A stretch of DNA of 64,000 nt from Anaerolineae bacterium. Its GTDB lineage: Bacteria; Chloroflexota; Anaerolineae; Promineifilales; Promineifilaceae. The notes beneath the pieces are model-generated. The model saw only the letters and a list, made by a program, of their open reading frames with translations, was not told where the DNA came from and did no database searches. Location: positions 55,956 through 119,955 of the forward strand of contig JAUIAP010000016.1 in assembly GCA_030425205.1 (NCBI GenBank). The letters are read 5' to 3'. The position numbers and the translations under genes are program-made. How positions within the stretch are numbered: the stretch's first letter is position 1; each line of letters opens with the position of its first letter. This document shows positions 57,834-64,000 of this stretch, piece after piece.

Positions 57834-60800
57834 TCAGGCGACTTTCGAGCGCAACCGACGAACCAAGAGCCCAATCGTGGATACGCAGAACAATAACATG
57901 AGCAGACTCAGGCTGTTGGGCGCGATGACGGTTACCGTGCGCAACATGACGGCGGTGGGAAGCGTTCCCGTGCGCTCGAATGCGCCCATGTCATACAAGC
58001 CAGCGCGGGCGGCATCTTGGGGGCGTATCGCGTTGTCGAGATCGTTCGGCAAGCCTGTCGCGCACTGGTCAACGGCTGGCGAGGCGGCGGCAAGGCGATA
58101 GTTACCCCGTCCCGTCACCTCAAACTGTGGATCGACACTGATGTTGTCCGTCCCAGCAAGCGGGCTGCCCTGCGTCAAGTTGCAGTTGGCGTTAAGCACT
58201 GCGCTCCCGTGCAAGCCAATGTTGATCGAGTTGCCCCAGACGATGTTGTTGCTTAAATTGACGGTCGTATTGTTATTGGCGTAAAGTGGCTGACCATTGG
58301 GGTTGTCGGCAATCGTCGCATGTTTACCGGTGAAGGTGCCATTATCAACCTCAACGACCGAACGGTTATGTGTGCCCGTGAGCAGTGCATTGTACAGTTC
58401 AATGTCGGCCGCATTGGTTTGATAGAGTGCGCTGCCAAAGCTGGCGTTGCCCGCCGTATTGTCGCGCAAGGCGACACCACGCAACTGGGCGGCACTGTCG
58501 TTAAAGTAGAACGCCCCGCCGTGTGAATCGGCCGAATTTCCCACCAACTCATTGCAATACTGATTCGCATTGAGCGCAAGCACATTGCACGCCAACCCGC
58601 CACCGCCGTAGAGCGGTTCGAGCGTCAAATCGCTGCTCGCAAACAATGCGGCAAATCCACCCTCCCCATCGGCATGATTCGACTCACCGATCACGTTGAC
58701 CAAACTCACGGTCGACGAATTAGCGGCAAAGATTGCGCCGCCGTCCCCATCCGTCTCGTTTTCTGTGATGCGCGTCCCCGTCAGTGCAACGGTCGCATTG
58801 ACCGTAGCGTAGACACCTCCGCCCGCTGAATCGGCCGAATTGTCGAGCAGCACACCCCCGTTGGCGCGCAGCGAACTATTCGGCCCAGAGACAAATGCAC
58901 CGCCACCAAACGCCGCGCTGTTGGCTGGGCAAACGATGAAATCACACTGGTTGCCCAGCGTTGCACTGTCGTTTAGTTCGGCAACCGCGCCGTTGGTCAG
59001 ATAGATGCCGCCGCCATTGTCGTTGGCGTGACTATTGGCGATGCGGCTATTGCCAAACAGCGCGATCCGACCGCCATCCACATACGCCCCGCCACCGCTC
59101 GTCGCGCTCTGGTTATCGCCAAAGAGAATTGCCGAGCCGACATAGCTATCGGTGAGCGTTACGGTGCCAGCGGGGGCAATGGCGATGCCGGCACCCCCAT
59201 CACCTACGTCTGTCCCTGTGGTGCTGCTGCCATAAATGGTGCTACCGTTGCGCAATTCGGCCGATCCCGCAAAGACGCGCAAGCCACCACCGTTATCACT
59301 CGCAACCCCGTCGATTAGGGCCACATTGTCGAGAATCAACGTGCTGTTTCCACTCACGTAGGCGATCCCGCCCCAACGCGCGCGCGCATTTTGCAGGCGC
59401 ATATTTTGCAACGTGACCGTCGCCCCATTGCTGACTTCAACCACGCCGCCCTGCGTCGCAAACGCATTGTCGCGATCAATTTCTGCATAGTCGATGGCGC
59501 GATTAGCCGCAGCCGTGCAGTCGCCGTTGCCACTGGTTAGCGTCAAATCTTTTTCAATGTCGCCCATGTGCTCGTTGTAATAGCCTGTCTGAATGTAGAT
59601 GGTGTCACCAGCAGATGCAGCCGTAATCGCGTCCACGATGGTGCCATAGGCACACGTTGCACCGTTGATGCCGACAAAGTGATGGAGTTCATCTGCACCC
59701 GCGTCATAGTCGCCCGCGTTGACCTCTTCGCAGTTATAGCAAACAAAGCTGAAATGTTGATCGGTCGTATCGCCGTTGTAGTAGTAGGCATCGCCGCCCA
59801 GCGTGGGGGCATAGATGCGGATGGCATATTCGCCTGCCACGGGGTTTTCAATCCAAACGTTTTCAACGGGATTATGAATGTCGTTGAAATTATCCCCAAC
59901 CGCGCTCCAGCCATCGTTGCCAAACTTATTGCCAACCCAGATATTGCCGTTCGGGTCGGTCACGCGCAATTTGAGATCGTTTACGAGCGGGTTGAGCGCG
60001 CCCGGTGCGCCCGGTGCGTCGGACCATGCCAGCGACAGGCGCAGCGGTTCGCCCGTGTCGCTGACCGTCACAACGAGGTCATAGAACTGCCCAATATCAG
60101 TCAGCAGAACCGGGTTTTCATAAAATAGGATGGGCACGGGCGGGTTGAGTAGACGGTCGATGTTGACACGCCCCCAGCCTTGATGCGGATTCGGCCGATT
60201 GCCCATCACGTTGTTCCAGCCATCCAATCCACCGCCGAGATCATCGGTCGTTGCGATCAACGCCGCCTTGACCGTTGCGGGTTCAGGATTGGCATTGTTG
60301 CCATTCCGCACATACCACTGTTGCGTAAACAATGCGGCCGCGCCAGCAACGTGGGGCGAAGCCATGCTCGTGCCGTTGCAAAAGGCGTGCTGCGTTGTGC
60401 CAGCAGGGGATGTGGCACACGATTCGTTGATCGCGCCATCGCGGTTCTCAGTGCTGACGATGCGGTTGCCCGGCGCAACGACATCAGGTTGAATCAGACT
60501 CGACACGGCCAAGTTGACGGCTGGGCCACGACTGCTAAAAAAGGTGATGTCGTTGGGACTATCGTTTGTGCCACCAAACGTGTCGGAGCGTTCACTGTCG
60601 TGGCTGCCGACGTTGACGATATTTTTTGCCTCTTTCGGTTCTGTGATGGAGTCGAGACAGGGGCCGGGACCACAATCATCGCCCGCATTGCCGGCCGCAA
60701 AGATGGTCAGGAACGGATTACGTCCGCCGCCCGTCAATGCATCGAGGGTCGCGTCATCTTGATTGGCCGCGAGCTGTGTATAACCCGCTCCCGCTGGCCC

Positions 60801-63800
60801 TGCGTTCCATGAATTGTTGCTCAAATCGGCATTTGCGGCGGCACTGGCAACCCGTTCCGCCATCGTCACGCGCATCTGCACCCACGCGGACGAGATGAGT
60901 AGACCCTGATCTGTGCCGTTGGCGTTTGAGCTGAATGTGAAACGGATGCGGAAGTTATTGACGTAGTAAGTCGTTGGAATTGACCAGCTGCGCAGTTGAT
61001 ACTGTCCGCCACTGTTTCCACCACAAACAGTGCGCGCGGTTGCCCAACTCGTGCCGCCATTGTTGCTGACCTGCACAGAAAAACAGTCGTTCGCATCGGC
61101 AAGGCTGAAAAACTCTCCCCAAAATAGCTGTGGCGTGACGGGGCTGGCCGCCGTGTAACTGCTCATGTCGATCAGTGGGGACGTGATACGACTCGACTCA
61201 TTGTTGTTATAGTTGCCAAAGCCGCCCGTTCCCCACGCGCCGTCACCCCCGCCTGACACATTCCATGACCACGAGCTGTTTGTGCCAGCCGCAACGTAGC
61301 CACCATTGTTGTTGGTTAAATCATCCAAATAAGGATAGGTCGCATCAGAAGAGATTGCGTCCATCGCGTGCAGGCCAGCACCGGGAGCCATGCCTTGACC
61401 GTAGAGGAAGCCATCAGAATCGGTCGAGCCGCTCCCCCCATTCCCCGCGACAATGCCCGCCACGTGCGTGCCATGTCCAGAGCCGTTCACTTGTGGATTG
61501 CTGCCGCCGTCCGTACCGGGTTCATTCGGCTCTGTGTAGGCGCCATACTCCGTGCCTGAGACGACATTGAGTTCAGGATGATCCCAGTCGACACCCGTGT
61601 CAACAATAGCGACCGTTACACCCGTGCCGTCGTAACCTGTGTCGTCGAGCCAATCTTGATACCCTGTGACGACGTTGCCGCTCCCGTCAAAGTTGCTGGC
61701 GACGATTTGATTGGTGCGTTCGTCCGCCAACGTGTCGGGATAGAGTCGGTCGAGGTTGATCAGTTGTGGTATGGCTTGCAGTTGGGCAAGTTGCGCGGGT
61801 GTGGTCCACAGCTCCCAGACGACCATGCGCCCGCGCTCCCCCATCACGTGCCGCTCAGTGGTGCTGATGCGTCCCGTCATTGCGGGCAGGTTGCCGTCAT
61901 CCCAAAGCAGGGCTGTGACCATCAGTGGCGTTGCGGCCGAACTGCGCCCAGCTTCACTTGTCAGGCGTTGGGTTGTGCGGAAATCGGCCGAAAATGGCGC
62001 AATCACACGCACGTGCGCCGATTGTTCGCGTCGCGCCAACCGCTCCGCATCTGCCCATACGAGATAGGTGTGATTTTGATAGTATTGAATCGGCGTGCCA
62101 ATCTTTTGGACCTCTTCAAATAGCTGTTCCGTCAGCGGAGAGCGCATTTGAACGAGATAGAGTCCCTCACCCGCCTTTGTCAATGCCTCATGACTACGCG
62201 AACTGTCCTGCAAGTCTAGCGTCATGTCATCGAGTCCGAACAACCCATAACCCAACTCTTGCGTAAACGGAATCCCGCTCATTTGCAATTGGGCAAACTG
62301 GGTGCTGGTCAGCTCAAGCCAGAGAAAGCTGCCATAGTCGAGCGCGCGCACGCTGTTGTCAAGCAGCGGTTGGACATCCTCAATCGCCGACCACGCAACC
62401 CGTGCAGCATGGGTGGCGCGATCCAACATAGCGCGGCTAGCTGGGTCAGATTGATCGAGGTTGCGGCGTGTGTCGAGGGGGCGCAATTGATAGTCGATGT
62501 CGCGGGCGAAGCCACTGTTGCAGTGGTCGCGGGCGGGAGATTGACGGGTGATGTGGTAGTTGCCGTTGCCCACAAAAAGTGGGTCTGCGACGATGTTACC
62601 ACCGCCCACATACGGCTCTGACAAGACCGAGCAGCTAATCATCACCTCGCCATCATCTGTGACAAGTGCGCCAGCATTGCCCCAGACAATGCTGGACGTC
62701 ATCTCTAGCGCAGCTCGCGCTGCAACAGAAAATGCGGCAGTGCTGTTACCCGTGTTGCCTGCAATGGTGACATTGTTCAGCGTCGCCTTTGCGCCATACC
62801 CATCGCTGCCCGAGTTAAGGATACTTATGGTGGAGAAACTGCCGTCATTGTCAGCGATAATGACACTGTCGAGATTGATGTAGGTATTGGCGCGTGCAGC
62901 AAAAATTGCCGCGCCCGACCCAGCCGACTGGTTATTCTCAACATAGACGCTTTCTAAATCGAGATCCGCCCCCAACCATGCGTAGACAGCCCCGCCTGCA
63001 CCAGCCGTTGTCACATTGTCGCTAATTTGAGCACATTTGACGGTACTGCATGGGAAAAGTGTCGTGTGGTCAAAATCGACAAGCGTCCCATCACCGACAG
63101 CGTAAACGCCTGCGCCGCCAATCGCCGCCCGATTGCGCAGGAGAGAGGCGTTATCACCATAAACGTCGGCGCCAGAACTCAAATAGAGTCCCCCACCGTA
63201 CTCCTCGGCCACATTATCATAGACATTCACACCGCTGCCTTGTAGTTCAATTCGGCTGTCGTTTGTGGCATAGATACCTGCGCCAGTGCGGGCGGTGTTG
63301 TAGGCGATGCTGTTGTATTCACCCGCCCCTGAGACGAGGGTTAAGTCGCAGTTGTCGAGATAGAAGCCGCCACCGCTACCAACATTGGAGTTATCGTTGT
63401 CGGCCACATTTGGGCGCGGATCGATAATGCCAGCAAACAAAACGGCTAAGCCGACCCCACTACCCGTATCGAGATCAATCGTGCCATCGACACAAAAAAT
63501 GCCGCCGCCGTGTGTATCGGCCGTATTACTTTGCACAAAACTATTGTCTGAGAGGGTCAACGTGCCGCCGTCAAGATGGATGCCACCGCCATAGCTCGAA
63601 TCGTTGTCAGTAACAATCACGCTTTCGAGCGTGACGGATGCATCGGCGTTAATTTCAATCCCACCACCATAGTCGGCATCATCTTGTCCTCCTGTAATGA
63701 CGAGTTTGTTCAGCAAAACGGTCGTGCCGCTTTCATAAATTTCTAGGACAGAATCGGCCGAATTTCCCGCCAGCGTCGTTGTGGAGCCACCAAACGAAAC

Positions 63801-63980
63801 GAGACAGGTCGAATTATAGCCACCATAAATATTGAGTGATTTATTCAGATTGTAGTTACCGTTAAACGTCTTGCCTTCGAGCAAAATGGTGTCCCCGTCA
63901 TTGGCGACGGCCAGTGCCTCAGTGAGTGTTTTATAGGTACAAGATGTCCCGACGGTTAGCGTCGCGGCTGTTTGACGCAT
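57834..63980 (-). CDS. Giant surface protein: N-terminal beta-helix (PMP-like repeats), propeptide/S8 subtilase with jelly-roll insert and P-domain, second beta-helix, C-terminal TM anchor
   Basis: The ATG at 63980 is preceded by GGAGGTGATCC with a 7-nt spacing from GGAGG. The frame stays open to the window edge, so a longer N-terminus cannot be excluded. Repeats of 'YGGGI..', 'HGGGIF' and 'GGAVYA' type are present. The S8 motifs are 'VAIVDTGVDWDHPEL', 'GSGHGTHVAGIVAGNG' and 'NGTSMASPHVAGAAALF'. The P-domain-like segment is 'LRLSLAWSDAPGAPG..NDLKLRV'. The C-terminus is 'SLSLLMLLFCVSTIGLLVRRLRSKVA'. Confidence 0.85.
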   Translation of the reverse strand: MRQTAATLTVGTSCTYKTLTEALAVANDGDTILLEGKTFNGNYNLNKSLNIYGGYNSTCLVSFGGSTTTLAGNSADSVLEIYESGTTVLLNKLVITGGQDDADYGGGIEINADASVTLESVIVTDNDSSYGGGIHLDGGTLTLSDNSFVQSNTADTHGGGIFCVDGTIDLDTGSGVGLAVLFAGIIDPRPNVADNDNSNVGSGGGFYLDNCDLTLVSGAGEYNSIAYNTARTGAGIYATNDSRIELQGSGVNVYDNVAEEYGGGLYLSSGADVYGDNASLLRNRAAIGGAGVYAVGDGTLVDFDHTTLFPCSTVKCAQISDNVTTAGAGGAVYAWLGADLDLESVYVENNQSAGSGAAIFAARANTYINLDSVIIADNDGSFSTISILNSGSDGYGAKATLNNVTIAGNTGNSTAAFSVAARAALEMTSSIVWGNAGALVTDDGEVMISCSVLSEPYVGGGNIVADPLFVGNGNYHITRQSPARDHCNSGFARDIDYQLRPLDTRRNLDQSDPASRAMLDRATHAARVAWSAIEDVQPLLDNSVRALDYGSFLWLELTSTQFAQLQMSGIPFTQELGYGLFGLDDMTLDLQDSSRSHEALTKAGEGLYLVQMRSPLTEQLFEEVQKIGTPIQYYQNHTYLVWADAERLARREQSAHVRVIAPFSADFRTTQRLTSEAGRSSAATPLMVTALLWDDGNLPAMTGRISTTERHVMGERGRMVVWELWTTPAQLAQLQAIPQLINLDRLYPDTLADERTNQIVASNFDGSGNVVTGYQDWLDDTGYDGTGVTVAIVDTGVDWDHPELNVVSGTEYGAYTEPNEPGTDGGSNPQVNGSGHGTHVAGIVAGNGGSGSTDSDGFLYGQGMAPGAGLHAMDAISSDATYPYLDDLTNNNGGYVAAGTNSSWSWNVSGGGDGAWGTGGFGNYNNNESSRITSPLIDMSSYTAASPVTPQLFWGEFFSLADANDCFSVQVSNNGGTSWATARTVCGGNSGGQYQLRSWSIPTTYYVNNFRIRFTFSSNANGTDQGLLISSAWVQMRVTMAERVASAAANADLSNNSWNAGPAGAGYTQLAANQDDATLDALTGGGRNPFLTIFAAGNAGDDCGPGPCLDSITEPKEAKNIVNVGSHDSERSDTFGGTNDSPNDITFFSSRGPAVNLAVSSLIQPDVVAPGNRIVSTENRDGAINESCATSPAGTTQHAFCNGTSMASPHVAGAAALFTQQWYVRNGNNANPEPATVKAALIATTDDLGGGLDGWNNVMGNRPNPHQGWGRVNIDRLLNPPVPILFYENPVLLTDIGQFYDLVVTVSDTGEPLRLSLAWSDAPGAPGALNPLVNDLKLRVTDPNGNIWVGNKFGNDGWSAVGDNFNDIHNPVENVWIENPVAGEYAIRIYAPTLGGDAYYYNGDTTDQHFSFVCYNCEEVNAGDYDAGADELHHFVGINGATCAYGTIVDAITAASAGDTIYIQTGYYNEHMGDIEKDLTLTSGNGDCTAAANRAIDYAEIDRDNAFATQGGVVEVSNGATVTLQNMRLQNARARWGGIAYVSGNSTLILDNVALIDGVASDNGGGLRVFAGSAELRNGSTIYGSSTTGTDVGDGGAGIAIAPAGTVTLTDSYVGSAILFGDNQSATSGGGAYVDGGRIALFGNSRIANSHANDNGGGIYLTNGAVAELNDSATLGNQCDFIVCPANSAAFGGGAFVSGPNSSLRANGGVLLDNSADSAGGGVYATVNATVALTGTRITENETDGDGGAIFAANSSTVSLVNVIGESNHADGEGGFAALFASSDLTLEPLYGGGGLACNVLALNANQYCNELVGNSADSHGGAFYFNDSAAQLRGVALRDNTAGNASFGSALYQTNAADIELYNALLTGTHNRSVVEVDNGTFTGKHATIADNPNGQPLYANNNTTVNLSNNIVWGNSINIGLHGSAVLNANCNLTQGSPLAGTDNISVDPQFEVTGRGNYRLAAASPAVDQCATGLPNDLDNAIRPQDAARAGLYDMGAFERTGTLPTAVMLRTVTVIAPNSLSLLMLLFCVSTIGLLVRRLRSKVA

Positions 63981-64000
63981 TGGATCACCTCCGGCGGGTT

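Larger units (their letters stand above)
777..63761. repeat. Dispersed highly iterated octameric palindrome TCGGCCGA (about 78 exact copies counted by eye)
   Basis: Exact copies start at 777, 1781, 2513, 3368, 3731, 4717, 7636, 7829, 7856, 8110, 8258, 9186, 9746, 10064, 10808, 12291, 14391, 14522 and 14815. Further copies start at 17115, 17394, 18340, 18683, 18913, 19581, 20050, 21448, 22476, 24052, 24136, 24581, 25198, 25512, 27453, 27549, 28001 and 28336. The next group starts at 30333, 31262, 32849, 33629, 34078, 34595, 35284, 36352, 36714, 37687, 37924, 38441, 38976, 39381, 40380, 41335, 41739, 42546, 43059 and 43533. The remainder start at 45148, 47557, 47851, 48286, 48710, 48965, 49033, 52492, 52557, 53419, 53480, 53573, 55014, 55881, 57413, 58528, 58831, 59257, 60191, 61984 and 63754. 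Confidence 0.9.

Noticed and set aside
38405-63980. Both giant minus-strand ORFs are listed as exactly 2048 aa (6147 nt); I wondered about duplication or an ORF-caller cap
   Set aside because: The two sequences are unrelated (A2M versus beta-helix/S8). Both end at genuine stops. The A2M ORF's real start is most likely 14 codons downstream (44509), so the equal length looks coincidental.

Overview
This is a 64-kb chromosomal window of moderately high GC. I call about 40 protein genes, one initiator tRNA-fMet, one ISAzo13-family insertion sequence and several families of structured intergenic repeats. There is no rRNA and no CRISPR. The gene content (GT-C/GT2 glycan genes, PD40/DUF11, PA14/S8 and beta-helix surface proteins, DUF1800/DUF1501) suggests a filamentous Chloroflexota-like bacterium. 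That assignment is inference only.

Layout:
- 1-14.6 kb: surface-glycan or protein-glycosylation locus. It holds a GT39-like enzyme, a flippase, a methyltransferase, an AlkP-family enzyme, two GT2 genes, a radical-SAM/SPASM protein and an SDR-methyltransferase fusion.
- 14.6-20.5 kb: lepA, a LacI regulator, DUF58, tRNA-fMet and an FMN alpha-hydroxyacid oxidase.
- 20.6-24.3 kb: an unusual three-gene operon (J-domain/pseudokinase, vWA, divergent PurA-like ligase) behind a consensus promoter with embedded operator repeats.
- 24.3-29.5 kb: recJ, a nitroreductase, an SH3b membrane protein and lpdA.
- 29.8-33.7 kb: two SPFH-like membrane proteins and a PfkB kinase.
- 33.7-38.4 kb: a di-haem peroxidase with a DUF1800/DUF1501 pair.
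- 38.4-48.4 kb: a thioester-less alpha-2-macroglobulin lipoprotein and a PA14-S8 protease with a (G/S)(T/S)YYW repeat tail.
- 48.5-50.5 kb: a PD-(D/E)xK-like gene with an IS inserted just upstream.
- 50.6-57.6 kb: DUF255, murE, glgC, one hypothetical gene and an esterase.
- 57.8-64.0 kb: a roughly 2050-aa beta-helix/S8/beta-helix protein.

The most striking sequence-level signal is a HIP-like octameric palindrome, TCGGCCGA. It occurs about 78 times, roughly one copy per 0.8 kb, in all codon phases. Hairpin repeats whose arms are built from tandem heptamers are also present.
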